Assembly: GCA_965153285.1 (NCBI GenBank)
Contig: OZ229110.1
Origin: Podarcis tiliguerta
Taxonomy: Eukaryota
Length of the DNA: 64,000 bases
Direction: 5' to 3' (one strand)
Of the stretch, positions 1-12,350 are shown piece by piece. The notes under the pieces were generated by a model. The model did not search any database, had not been told where the DNA came from, and saw only the letters and a list, made by a program, of their open reading frames with translations. Each line of letters begins with the position of its first letter. Within the stretch, counting starts at the first letter, position 1. The translations under genes and the position numbers were made by a program.

Positions 1-328
1 TTCTCTCCTCCCCTTTGTGTCTCTGGCTGAGAAAACCCTCACTTTTACCAATCCTCTCCCGCAAACCCCTTCCCTCCCCAATCAAGAGCTAAGATTGATG
101 TCCTATTTTGACACTAAACTGAATGGTTAAGTTGATGGTGCTGGTCAGTGCTGACCCTGTCACATAACACCTGTAAGGAATCTCAGCTGGAACATGATGG
201 CCTCTCCAATGTGCTCTTCAAGGCTACAGCATACTGCAGTGTCATACTTCCCTTTCAAATGCCCTGAAAGCTCATATGGACTCAAATTCTCCAGAGAAGG
301 GATTTGGGATAGGACTGCAGAATATAAC

Positions 329-371
329 AGAAGAAGAAGAAGAAGAAGAAGAAAAAGAAGAAGAGTAGTAG
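329..371. repeat. (AGA)n/(AGT)n microsatellite, tail of adjacent SINE
   Basis: Run of agaagaaga... followed by agtagtagt, abutting the 3' end of the minus-strand SINE. Confidence 0.9.
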
Positions 372-605
372 TTTGGATTTGATATCCCACTTTATCGCTA
401 CCCGAAGGAGTCTCAAAGCGGCTAACATTCTCCTTTCTCTTCCTCCCCCACAACAAACACTCTGTGAAGTCTCTCAGCCCCGCACACCTCAAAGAAGTGT
501 GACTAGCCCAAGGACACCCAGCAGCTGCATGTGGAGGAGTGGGAAAGCAAACCCGGTTCACCAGGTTGCGAGTCTACCGCTCTTAACCACTACACCACAC
601 TGGCT
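372..605 (-). mobile_element. tRNA-derived MIR/CORE-like squamate SINE, full length
   Basis: Reverse strand reads AGCCAGTGTGGTGTAGTGGTTAAGAGCGGTAGACTCG (A box), GGGTTTGCTTTCCC (B-box-like), a core-like GTCCTTGGGCTAGTCAC, and a 3' end running into a (TCT)n tail. Confidence 0.85.
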
Positions 606-689
606 GAACTCACCCAATTCAAGGTGATTGGAGACTCAAGCCCCTAAAAGTCTGCCTCCCTTAATATCAACCATCTCAGGCCTCACAAT

Positions 690-1000
690 GGGCAGTGGTT
701 TGGCAGTGCTGATTCCCCATTTGTGGAATGCTGTCCATGGCAAGGTGCATGTGTCTCTTAATATTCTAATATTCAGGAGGAATTTTAAAACATTCCTGCT
801 CACCAGAGGACTGAAAGATATCCCCTCTGGCAACCTTGTCATTATGAGCTGTGAGGATATGTGATTGTTTTAAATGTTCTTAATCTTTTAAAATATTTTT
901 ACATATTTTATTTTTAATTGTGCTGTTTTATTGCTTCGTTGCCTGTTGCCCTGGGCTCCTTGAGGAAGAAGGGTGGAGCAGAAATTTAAGAAGCAAATAA
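690..1000 (+). mobile_element. L2 LINE 3' end, degenerate
   Basis: Translates to ...HLWNAV...FRRNFKTFL (L2 ORF2 C-terminal LWNxLP...F+R.LKT.L motif), followed by an L2-type 3' UTR (gccctgggctcct...aaataaa). Confidence 0.6.
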
Positions 1001-1039
1001 ACAGTTGGGGTAGCAGCCAAAACACCTGGAAGTAGTGAC

Positions 1040-1420
1040 TGAAGGATTGCTCCTCTCTGTTCCTCTTTCTTCCAATCTTAATTTCAATTCTCCACATTTC
1101 AGGAATTAGTAATTAAAAACACACAAAAACCCTGAAAATTCATCATTGTTTTTGTTTTTTGTTTTTGTATATTCCTATATGCAGCTTTGACTAAGGTACA
1201 GATTTTTGCAGGCAATTTCTCATAATGTAATGCATATTTTTTTGTATTTTATTTTCACTAGTACTGTATATTCATTTTTATGCACACTTCCCTTCCCTCT
1301 AATATGTGCATTTTTGTAAACATGTTTTGGTTGAAGAACTGCATTGCAAAAGGAGAATAAGTGTGAATTTCTCATATTGTGTTGTTTTGCTTCCCATATT
1401 GTTCCAGAAGTGCAAATCTG
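1040..1420. mobile_element. ~400-bp AT-rich non-autonomous hAT(Ac)-like repeat, copy 1
   Basis: Shares blocks (ttctccacattt, tgaaaattcatca, ttttcactaata, aactgcattgcaaaa) with copies at ~4860, ~28590, ~41097 and ~56885. Confidence 0.6.
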
Positions 1421-1429
1421 ATAAATCTA

Positions 1430-1660
1430 CCAAGGCTTCAATACTTTGGCCACCTCATGAGAAGAGAAGACTCCCTGGAAAAGACCCTGATGTTGGGAAA
1501 GATTGAGGGCACAAGAAGAAGAGAACAAGATGGTTGGACAGTGTTCTCGAAGCTACCAGTATGAGTTTGACCAAACTGCAGGAGGCAGTGGAAGACAGGA
1601 GTGCCTGGCATGCTCTGGTTCATGGGGTCACGAAGAGTCGGACATGACTAAATGACACCA
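1430..1660 (+). mobile_element. Bov-B (RTE clade) LINE 3' end
   Basis: Encodes RLQYFGHLMRREDSLEKTLMLGKIEGTRRR, the Bov-B C-terminal signature, then the 3' UTR ...CATGGGGTCACGAAGAGTCGGACATGACT. Confidence 0.95.
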
Positions 1661-1665
1661 AATCA

Positions 1666-1817
1666 ACTATGGTGGAGTCTCCTTCTTTGAAGGTCTTTAA
1701 GCAGAGGCTTGACAACCATATGTCAGGAGTGCTCTGATGGTGTTTCCTGCTTGGCAGGGGGTTGGACTCGATGACCCTTGTGGTCTCTTCCAACTCTATG
1801 ATTCTATGATTCTATGA
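1666..1817 (+). mobile_element. CR1 LINE 3' end (same young subfamily as 34391-35289)
   Basis: GGAGTCTCCTTCTTTG...GGGGTTGGACTCGATG...TTCCAACTCTATG followed by the (ATTCTATG)n tail; near-identical to the reverse complement of 34391-34535. Confidence 0.95.
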
Positions 1818-4369
1818 TCTCCCCCAGCCCCATGTGCCATCACTGTTTCCTCTCTGGCACCTCTCCTTTGCTGCTGCCCATGCCACTTCAGAGGAGAGAT
1901 GAGAGAGCCAACTGCAAACCATGGAGCTTGGTGACCACCAGCAGATCCCCTGCCCGAGATATCCCTGCCCAAGGTCACCAATAACCATGGGAGTTCAGCT
2001 GCTGTTGATTTTGATCTTGCTTCTGTATTTGATAGTCTCACTTCATTGCAATATTGCATCTGACTTGCTTACTCTGCCATGTTTGAATCTGTTTGATGCA
2101 TTTTGCTATGAATTGCTCATGATGTCTGTTGACATTTATGACGAGCTGCTTTGCTGCATGCTTCAGCCATGGAAAAGTGGCGTATAATTTCAATTAAACT
2201 GAACTAAAATGAAACATGACAGCTTAACTGGATGAGGTGTGGTTTGAATGAATGTCATTTAATTTCTGCTTTTCACTGGATTGTGAAGGGAGCTGATCCT
2301 GTGGCTTCTTCAGCTCCTGGTCTGATACCAATTTACCCTTCCCAGCCACCATGAGTGTGGTTAAGCATTTGCAGTGCTAAAAGCACTGCAAATTAGCAAT
2401 CTTGTGACTGTATGCTTAATTGCACCAAGATTCTTTTTGTGCAATATTTTGCCAATGTGCACCTGAACATTATTTTTTTTTAAAAAAAACCATACAACAT
2501 AGAAAGCAAAATGGATGTGATTTTTAAATATTGTGTTTAATGACACTTAGGTAGGTTTTGAAAAACAGCAACAACTAAACAATATTTATTGGGTTTCCTT
2601 CCCAAATAAATAATAGAAATACTTCACAAGAAAGCATAAATCCAAAGATCAGAAAATGCAATATACATAACCAAATATGAACATTGCCATTAATGAACCC
2701 AGAGCATCCTAGAATTATTACAAAAATTCATGTGGTAATAAAACCCTTTCAAAAAGATCTGTTTTGACTTGAGAATTGCTGTGCTGAAGAATTTGTGAGT
2801 GTTTAGGAAAGAAAACACAAACCATCTATCAATAAAAAAGTCTAATTGTGGAGATGAAGATGAATGGAAGGAAATGAAAGCTGGAGCAAGCTTTGTTTGC
2901 TCCACTTCCAAAATTATTTTTGAAATTTCTCTAGTTTTGCCAGCCTTCAGGAACGGAGGCTTGCAGAGAAGAACGAATCCAATAAAAGAAAGGAACAAAG
3001 CACATATCTTCATTCCTAACAACAATCATATGAGCGCTTCAACATTCATACGGGTGTGTTACCACATTTTTCCAACCTAAATTTTTCCACCTAAAAATAA
3101 TCTTGTGAATCTGTCACCAGTTCACCAACGCAGCACTTTAGCTAAGCTCAGAAACTTGTCCCCCACCCCCAGTTCCAGCTCGATAGATTCTTTGGCAAAT
3201 ATCTGGACCTGGGTTGCAGAGACAGAAGACTGATAGATGTAACTTGGATTCACACATAGAGCTAGTGATGTGATTTGATGTGTGCTGCAGCCACGGAGAG
3301 GCATGTATCGAATCCTAAAACGTCTTTGATCTTTAAAATATCAGCTAAGTTGCTTGCTTATGCAGAGCAGAGGAATCAGATTCTGCACAAACCTGTTCTC
3401 ACTACATGGACGGCAAAACCATTTCCAGATGATGTGGAACTCCAGATTACCTTGCCTGATTTTGAGTAAGTCATATGGTCAACATCCGTCCACTGGTTTT
3501 TTAGAGCCTTCCGCTCTCCGTTGAGCAGTTTTTAAAATATATTTGGTTGATCCCATTAGGTTTTAACTTCCTTTTTTTTTTTTTACATTCTTTAACCTCC
3601 TTGGGAAATTCATGCTTCAACATTGCATGTGTTTTTTCTTAGTGGGCTCTGAAGAATATTCTCCTAAGCGCAAGGGAGTGATTTACCTCTTTATTGTGTT
3701 ATCAGGCTGATTTATCTCTTCATTGTGTTATCATTCTCAGGACAACATGACTTCATACACCTAAGCATTAGAAATCTCTCGATACAGTTACAACTTAGCC
3801 TCTCCAAGTCAATACAGACTTGGAAACTCCAGCTCTTTCCAAACAACACTGGAAGCAATTAAGTGAACACCACAATGGAAAAATCCAAGACGTAGGGAGG
3901 GATTCCAGAGGGACAATAAAGGCCTTGCCTTCTAACCCTAAGTTAAATGTATCATTCTTATACAATGCCTGTTAGTAATGAGTACCTGGATCTGAATTTA
4001 AGATACAGAATATGGTTCTGAATTTGGGGCACTATGCCAAGAAATCTCCATGGTGCAATTAGCTCTGGTGTTAGCTTTTCAGTAGATGGTTTCTTACACA
4101 CTTAACTCAGTCCACAACATAGTGAAACTGATGAACTAGGACTTAAACTGATTCCGGCCTGTTATATTTCAGTATGAATAAGTGGGTGAAATCCAGGCAT
4201 TTCTGATTAACTAACAGGCTATCTGGTTTGGTTAAACAAATGCCAATTTATTGCTATAAGTCCTAGGTTCCCTGGATGCCCTGTGCAACCACTCAAACTA
4301 TCAAAGGCTTTCGGTGAAGCACCTGTCTTACTGCAAACTGGCTAATACAGCCAACCCCTCTTTCTTCTG

Positions 4370-4812
4370 TAAGGGACTTCCCCTGCATGCAAAGACAGGC
4401 TCTGGTAGATTGAGCAGACAAGATGAATAGTCGATCCAATAGTCAAGAAGGCGGTCTCTGCATGTGCTGTAGATGGGGAGGATGAGGCTTGTCATCCTGG
4501 AAAGATAGCCCGTGTAGGAGAAGGAAAACTCTGATCCTAAACCTCCACTGTCTTGTGAGATATCTTCTGGAGAAGAAGAGGCTAAGGAGCAAACCCAACA
4601 CAAATCCAGAGTGGAGTCCCTAAGGCACCTTGTATGCCTCCTTCTGGCAATTCCTGCAGCCAAGCCAGTGCCAAACATATTGCTCTGCTTTCCTTTGGAC
4701 CACATCAGTGAAGCCGAGGGGGAGGGTCTTGCCGCCTGGGCAGCCCAGGACCTCCATGCACACTGCCTAGGTTTGCGCCCTGGGAAGGTCACTTGGGGGC
4801 TGCTAACCCAGC
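4370..4812 (+). mobile_element. 5' region of an RTE/Vingi-type non-LTR retrotransposon
   Basis: Contains the GGAGAAGGAAAACTCTGATCCTAAACC motif recalled from 5' UTRs of these elements; GC-richer than the flanks; no RT sequence follows. Confidence 0.5.
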
Positions 4813-4859
4813 ATCCCAGGAGGTGCACTCATTGTTTCTCAAGATAGACGGATGGAAAC

Positions 4860-5088
4860 AAAAACATTAGGGGAAATTGCTTGCCAAATGATATATTAGT
4901 GCAAAATGGTATACAAAACATGCTTATTAGGAGAAATGTGCACTCAAATTCTGACAGATTTCCATGAGGCCCTCTTTTTAAATAAATAAATAACAAACTG
5001 ACGTGGAAATGTGGAGAAATAACTTTAAGGCTGGAAAAGAAATGAGAAATGGACACAAACCGAAATGGACGGTTTTGTCCATCCCTAG
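4860..5088. mobile_element. hAT(Ac)-like repeat, copy 2 (partial, opposite orientation to copy 1)
   Basis: Ends in CCATCCCTA (Ac-type TIR); internal blocks are complementary to the copies at 1040, 28590 and 56885. Confidence 0.6.
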
Positions 5089-6939
5089 TCACGAGTCACT
5101 TGGAAGTGAAATGTGGTGGAAACGCTTTAGGAAAGAGAAACATTTTGTCCAGGAAGCAGTTTCTGGCATGAGGCTGCAATAGAATGCTGGTAATGTGCAG
5201 CCCATCACTCCAGCATTGGTTTATCCTCCTGTCAGGGAACCATATGCCTCAGGACTTCTATGATTCCAGAATGTTACCTGAAGAATAACCCAGATGAAAA
5301 ATCAGCCATGGCTGTGGCTTTCAGATTTAAATAAGGATGCAGATTTCCCTTTCTTTGAGTGCATGTCTTTCTCTAAGAGGCAGGCTAGAGCTTACTAAAA
5401 CTAGAAAAAGTATGTTCTTGATGCTGGAACAGCATTCCTAGGAGCAGCTTGCTTTATCACAGCTCATTAACATAGCAAACAAAAGTCCCCTGAGGATCAC
5501 AATCTTGTTCAAAGTTGATGGAGAAAGGCGGCAAATGGCCTTCCACCACTAGAAGTGACCTTTCTGGTTTCTGCAACTCATGCTGATTTAGAGGAGGAAT
5601 GCTGAACTGGGCTTAGAAGCATTTCAAAGATTTCATGCTGAAAACATTCATTTCCAGCTCTATTTGTTGAACTATAACTCGCTACCACTTTGGAGTTCAG
5701 CAGGAACGTTTCCCAAAGCCCCTGTAGAAGAAATTTATGGTTGTTCAAAGCAGCATTATAGGCCACAAATGTGTGCACTCCACATGTCTTTGTAATCACA
5801 TAATGACTCATTTCCTTAATCTCCCATTTCCTATAGGCTCCTTACAAGCAACTCATAAACCCAGCTCCATCACTGCTCTCCTGGCTAGAATTGGGCAGAA
5901 TTCCGCCAGCTCCTGCTTCTGGTTGGCTGGCTGGGATTCCCTCTCTCTATTCCCCCCAGAAACGTTCCTTCCATTAGACTTTGTCCTCTGCTACAGTGAC
6001 ACCTACTGATGAGGTAAGAATGCATTAACTTCAGGATCCCCCGGCACCAAAGCCAGCCAGCATGTACTTCCTGACCTCAGCCAGATGTTTCTGTTGTGGA
6101 GCAAATTAAGTTCACACCCCATGGAGAGGAGCTTCACACAGTTTTTTGACATGAAGATGTTGGTGGCCAGCCGGCATGACGTCAGCAGTTTCAGAGAATT
6201 AATTGAGGAAGGGACAGGAAGCTCAAATGGCTTGCGCTTCCTGTTTCTCCATAGCGTTGTCTCGCCCACCATGGAACTTTCTGCATTTTCCTCACACCTA
6301 TGAGACAGGCACTTGCATATCACACAAGTGAGTGAGATGGAAAAAGAGTAGCAAGTGCAAAGCAACCGCATTTCATGTTCCCTCCATGACAATGTAACAT
6401 TCAACACTGCTTTCCATCTTTAACCTCAGTGAGGTGCTAAAAAAAGAAGAAAAGAATACAGTTTATGGCCTTCACGGTTTACCCTTCAAGACAAAGAATT
6501 CTCAAAAGGGATTACTTTATCCCTCCAAAAGGCTGGGGAGTGGAAATGACTGAGACATCTCACTGATAAATGAGACATACCCAAAGATAGTTCTATCAGC
6601 ATTTATATGGTGAAATGTCTGGAGTGGCGGCAATCAGCCAGGCACATGCTAAGTGACTTCAGAAAACAACATGGCCTGATAAAGGTTGGGAGTTCAGTCT
6701 GAAAGGGCTAGACTAAATTCTAGACCAAACAGATTTCTCAAAGCTTTAATGTCTTTGAATGCTCAGTCTCAACAGAAAGGAATAATTTTTGCACTTAGAT
6801 GGATTAAACCTGGATTTAAGCCCAGGCCTGAAGTGCTGCAGCACATCAACATCCCAAGCAAGTCTTCTGTTGGTGAGATTTGTAGGCCGGAAATCAGGCC
6901 TCTGTGAAGTGCTGTCTGGTGAACTACTCATAGGAAGAG

Positions 6940-7565
6940 CCCTGCTGGAGCAAACCAAAGACCTTGGTTCACAATACGTGAGCATGGTAGCCCTTTCCCA
7001 CTTGTAGTCCCCAGCAAGTGGTATTCAGAGCCATACTGCCATGGAGGAAGTGCATACATCATGACTCATAGCCATTGACAGCCTTATCCACTATGAGTTT
7101 GTTTAATCCGCTTTTGAAACTGCCCGAACTGATGGCCCGAAGAACACCTTGTAATAGTAAAGTCCATCGTTTCACTATGTCAGGGGTTCCCTAAGTGGTC
7201 CGTAGGCCAGCAGTTGCTGATGAGCTTCATTGAGGTGGTCCACACCACGCCTGCAAAAAATGCAATTCAAAATCACACAGCATCTAGCACTGTGCATTTC
7301 AGTTGCCAAAGCAAGCAGAAAAAAACTATGAAGCAATCCACCAAAACCCTCAACAGTTTTCAAGTAGTCCATGGAAGAAAAGGTTTGGAGACCACTGAAA
7401 TATGTGAAGAAGCACTTCCCTTTGTCAGTCCCTTATCTCCCACTGTTCAGATTCATTGGTTCTAGTATTATAAGAGGAATGGGGTGGGGCTTCCTATCCA
7501 CTTTCTCCACATCATGCATATTCTATCGCCTCGACCATACTTCCCTCTTACCCCTTTTTCTAAGC
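6940..7565 (-). mobile_element. Old CR1 LINE 3' fragment interrupted by a hAT MITE
   Basis: atagccattgacagccttatcc...aatccgcttttgaaac...gtccatcgtttcactatg and gaagaagcacttccctttgtcagtcc match the CR1 3' antisense on both sides of 7181-7397. Confidence 0.65.
7181..7397. mobile_element. hAT MITE nested in CR1
   Basis: Ends CAGGGGTTCCC...GGAGACCACTG; 8-bp flanks cactatgt and aaatatgt (6/8 match). Confidence 0.7.
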
Positions 7566-9149
7566 TCTGGGTGTCTTCCAGCACCTATAAAAACTTAATA
7601 AAATGTCAAACATTAAAAGCTTCCTGTTCCATAGAGGAAGAGGGCAAGTAGACCTGTGGAAAGTGGGGAGGAGGGGTTTGTCTGGCCACTAGAAGGGTTG
7701 TTTGTTCACCCATCAGCACTTGGGGAAGTGTGAAGTGATTGGATTACATGGATTGGTCAAACAAACAAAAGACACTGAGCTTAATTTTGTAGTGGAAGTC
7801 CAGAGACTGGACGGGGGGAGAGGCATGGTATAGGTGTTTTATTTCTGATACGAAGTTGCAGAGGAGCATGAAACATGCACTTACTATTCCTATGAGGTGA
7901 CAGAACATCCTAAGCAAGCCTCTGCCTGTAGAGCTCATTCCTAAGCATAGAATTCTTTTCCTATCATGTTGGTTTTCTATCATTGTTTTATTTAGTATTT
8001 TATGGGACCTGGGGTTTATTTAATGTGTGTTTTCTATTGTGAGCTTTAAGCCATCTTGAGTGCTTCTCTCTCTTTTTTTGAGGGCGAAAGGCTGAGTTCA
8101 TGGTAATAAATCAATCAATAAAGTCAGCTGACCTGTTGATAAATGAGTGTCATGCTTAGTACAGTCAATCCAACTTGGGTCAGCCTGACTCGGGTGGCAG
8201 CACCACTGTATTGAATGACAGGGAGTCACTTGGGAAGAATTTCCATAGCATGCTGGCCCATTATCCTCCATGGTTGTTCTTCCTTGACCCAACATTGTTC
8301 TGGGTCAGCCAGAAGGCAATGAATGTGAAACTATCCTAAGTGATTCAGGAATGCAGGCAAATGATAGGACAGCTGAACAGCATTAAACCGGGCGGGCAGG
8401 CTTCGTAGGTTAACACAACTATGACAGAACACAAACTTATTTGTTACATTTTTCATCCCACCCTTCCTCCAAGGAGCTTGGACTGGCACATAGGTTCTTC
8501 CTCACCCACGTTATCGTGACAGAATGAGATTTCATCAGCATACAAATTACATGGATATTTCAAAGATATGGTCTGGCTTGACACAGTAACAAAGTAGTTT
8601 ATCACAGCCATCTTAGAATAGTTGGTAGTTTGTACAGATCCAGAATACAATCAGCATTAATATAGTAGGAATCCAAAGTGAGGAATCACAAAGCAGGAAT
8701 TCAAGGCAGTGCCTACTTTTACTGCTGAGGCAATGTCCCGGGAAAACTTGGAAGCCTTGATTGTTGCTCCAGCTTAGATTAACCAGTGGCAGAGTCACCG
8801 CACAATAGGGATATACATTCATTTTGTTAGCAAACGAAATGAATGGGGCTCATTTGCTACATTCATTACTGTGACAGGGCTGAATGCCAGAATCATGAAC
8901 GAGTTCCTAATGCCAGATATTCATTTGTTCTTCACCCAGAACTCTGCTTCTGTTCCCCTCTAGTAGCCAGAATACTGTAGGTCAAATAAAGGATGCCGGG
9001 AAGGGGAGAGAGGGAGGAAAGAGAGGGAGACTGACACCGTAAACTGTCCAAACATTGAAGCCAAGGTGTAAAATATCCTAATAGGCCTTTTTTCCAAAGT
9101 GAACCCTTGAACTTGGGGCCATCCAACGAAGCTGAATGTTGGAAGACTC

Positions 9150-9490
9150 GGGGCAAAGAAAAGAAAGTACACAGTGCACAGTTGAACTATGAAATTGGCT
9201 CCCACAAGACATAGCGATGGCCACCCACTTGGATGGCTTTAAAAGGGGGTTAGACAAATTCATGGAGGATAAGACTATCAATGGCTATTGGATGCTAGCC
9301 GCATACCTCTATTGACAGAGGCAGTGTGCCTTGGAATACCAGTTGCTGCGAATCACAATTGGGGAGAGTGCTGTTGCATTCAGGTTCTGGTTGCAGGCTC
9401 CCCATAAGTATCTGGGTGGCCACTGTGAGAACAAGATGTGGACTAGAAGGGCCTTTGGCCTGATGCGACAGGGCTTTTCTTATGTTCAGT
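9150..9490 (+). mobile_element. CR1 LINE 3' fragment
   Basis: GATGGCCACCCACTTGGATGGCTTTAAAAGGGGGTTAGACAAATTCATGGAGGATAAG...GGCCACTGTGAGAACAAGATGTGGACTAG...CAGGGCTTTTCTTATGTTC. Confidence 0.8.
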
Positions 9491-11989
9491 TGGGAAGGAA
9501 TATAAAAAGGGAAATTAAAGGCTTGTTTGAGTTCCTCCTTGGATTTAGAATGTTTGCAGATTCCTGGTTTATTCATTCCCCATGTCTGTGCACAAACAGT
9601 ACCCAGTCAGTCATTCTTACCATTCTTATAAGAATTTCCATTCCATTCCATACTGTTTCCTCAAAATGCTTTCTACTTAGTGAAGTGTACTTTCTTTGGG
9701 GATTTGGACTTCACTTCCCTGCTATTAGCATGCTGATGACACCCAACACTATCCTTTTCATCTCGATCCAGGAAGACCATGGGTGTTCTGAATCTTTGCC
9801 TAGAATCAGTAAGGGACTGGATGAGAATGCACAAATTGATGTCCAGAAAAGGCAACAGTACTCTTGCTTAGCGAAGCTACCCATCTGGCAGTGGGAATTC
9901 ATCAACCTTCTCTTGATTAGCCATGTACTTCCCTCAAAGCCAGGTCTGCAGCTTGGAAGTGCTTCCTAGATAGGCATAACATGTACACGTGCTAATTGAT
10001 ATAGATAGATGCACGTTTTGAGAGAATCACTATAATTTAAGTGATTTATGGATAATTTTAATATAAACATAGTAAATCTCACCATAGTTGGAGGACTGGG
10101 ATCAGGTGACCTATGTGCCCATTTAACCTGCTGTCCAGATGGGCAACTTCAAGGCCCTCTGTGGCCTGCACCATTCCACTATGCAACAGTGATGTCGGTC
10201 TTTGCAGAGTGGCTTGGTGGCATCAACCCACTGTCCCAGCCACTTTTTTGCTCTGTGATGGTCCACCTTTGAAAAACATCTGTAGAAACATCAGCAAACA
10301 CAATGCTACCATGAGCTCACTATTGGGAGTATAGGACTTCTACAGTGTTCTGTTTCTCAGAAGTTGTGGGGGAGTGGCACCTGGGTTCCCTTTAAAAGTG
10401 AGGTGAATGAGTTCTTTATCTTCTTCAGCAGTTGGGCATCCTATTAATATCTGGCCTATAAAATGGGGACTTTCCCCCATCTGTCAGAAATTTGGGAGGT
10501 CTAATTCTTTGACCTCAATCTATGGTGCTGGTTAGATGGAAAACACAGATGTTAAAAGCAACAGAAGAACACTTGGGTTTCCCTTGGAAAGCAGTGGGAA
10601 ACAAAAGTGAATAAGGAAACAGAGAGTGATTTTAATGAATGGATAACCAAACAAATAAGATGTTAATAAGGAAACGTTTTCCTTAGAGCTTAGGGACCTT
10701 CCACTGGCCAGGCAGATAGCAATATGACCTCTGGTACCTCACCACATGGAGCAACAGGCAACAGATCACTAGATTCCAGGTTCTAGATCTACTTTCTTGA
10801 TTTCTGTTTATTTTGAATATTTCTAAAGAGGAAAGGCTTTCTGATTTGAAGAGAGAGATAAGAGGAAGTAGAACTTTAGAATTCCAAATTATTTAGACAT
10901 TAATTTGTCAAGAAAGCAAAACATGTCATTTGCCAAAGGTTAATTTGGAATGTTATGCAGAGTAAAAAAGAAAAAAGGTCAAAGGCACAATTAAAAAACA
11001 GATAATTGGCAAGCTGGTAACACTGCTGAGAAGGAGCTGGAGGTTGTGAGAGAAGAAAAATGGATGTTAATTTAGTAATGTAACTCCCACAATCTGGGAG
11101 AATGTGGATCCCAGAATTTGCTGGAGGGTTCCAGAAGGGTTTGGAATGTTGCTGTGAATGCTGATGCAGCAAAGTATAAACCCTTTTCATTCTTTTATTG
11201 TTTCTGCTCTAAAAAACATAAACACCTTTTGTGTTCATATGTGACTCTGAGCACTAAATTCTAGTATATCTCCGGTTTTCAACCATTGTGTTGTAGTCAA
11301 AGGCTTTGAGATTAGGAACCCTTCCCGTGCCAGTAGTTTATGGATATTATCTAAATGAGGCTGGTTGTTTTTGTCTTTCTTTTAGTTTTTGAAGATGTTA
11401 AGACAATCACAGTGATGCTGGGGAGATTGTGCTCTTTGACTACAGTCAATAATCTTTCTCTTTTCCTCTTGATAAATTATGTGTATAAACACAATTTGAG
11501 TCTTTTAAAGTCTCTGTCTTGTTCCTGTGAAAAGTTGGAATTCACCTCATTCCTACTGGTTGCACTGAAACTGATTTTCAGTGAACTTCCAGTTCATTGC
11601 TTGAAAAGCTTCAATGGGAAGAATGAAAATGGCCACTGTAGTCCTTGCATCTCCTTTCTTATGAAACTGACTCCTTCCCCAAGCTTAAAAGAAAGGAAAG
11701 CATTATCTCAAAGAAAGGGAATGGGCGGAAACAGTTCAGCCCTCTAGCCAACACCAGAGAGGCCATGTGGATCTGCTCATTGGCTGCAAATGTCAACAAT
11801 GGTGTCTATTTCTTCCAGAGTTCATTGAGGCTGACTACAAGCCTAGTAAGAAATGAGGTTCCATGTTACATTTCTGAACAGTGGGGAGCCCTGTGGGACC
11901 TCACCCTCATTGGCACATGATGCATGGAGCATCATTTTCTGCCAGGAATGATAGAGCAAGCCCCACAATTGTCAATGTGAATATTCTTC

Positions 11990-12350
11990 ATTATTTGTTT
12001 ATGATACATCTGTGCATCTGTATCACGTAGTTATCTGGGTGGATCACAATAAGCATGAAAAAAGTGCACGAGGCCATAAAATAAAAATCAGCATAAGGGC
12101 AACAAAACAAAACTCACTGCAGTTATTTTAAAGGCCCGGGTGAACAGAAAGGATAGTGCCAGGTGTACCTTCCTGGGAAGACTTCTCCATAACTGTGGTG
12201 CCATCACCAAAAAGGCCCTGGTGGTTGGCTGCATAATTTTGTTCAGCAGGAGCAGTTGGAGCAGGGCCTCTGAAGAAGATCTTAATATTTGGTAAGTATA
12301 TATGGGTGAAGGTGGTCTTCCAGGTAACCTGGTCCTAACCCATTAAAACC
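11990..12350 (-). mobile_element. Old L2 LINE 3' fragment
   Basis: gggaagacttctccataactgtggtgccatcaccaaaaaggccc and cagggcctctgaagaagatctt parallel the L2 antisense sequence at 32220-32340. Confidence 0.65.

Noticed and set aside
160-561. ORFs with poly-Leu or poly-Arg tracts
   Set aside because: They are translations of the (AGA)n microsatellite and the adjacent SINE.
2580-3120. Possible minus-strand L1 3' remnant
   Set aside because: Only faint motif resemblance; too degenerate to call without an alignment.
6004-6030. CTGATGAG as a hammerhead ribozyme core (also 7217 and 20963)
   Set aside because: No stem II followed by GAAA and no closing helices could be found.
9331-9969. 212-aa ORF, the longest + strand ORF
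   Set aside because: It begins inside a CR1 3' UTR with a non-ATG start and has no recognisable domain or exon-like boundaries; likely chance.
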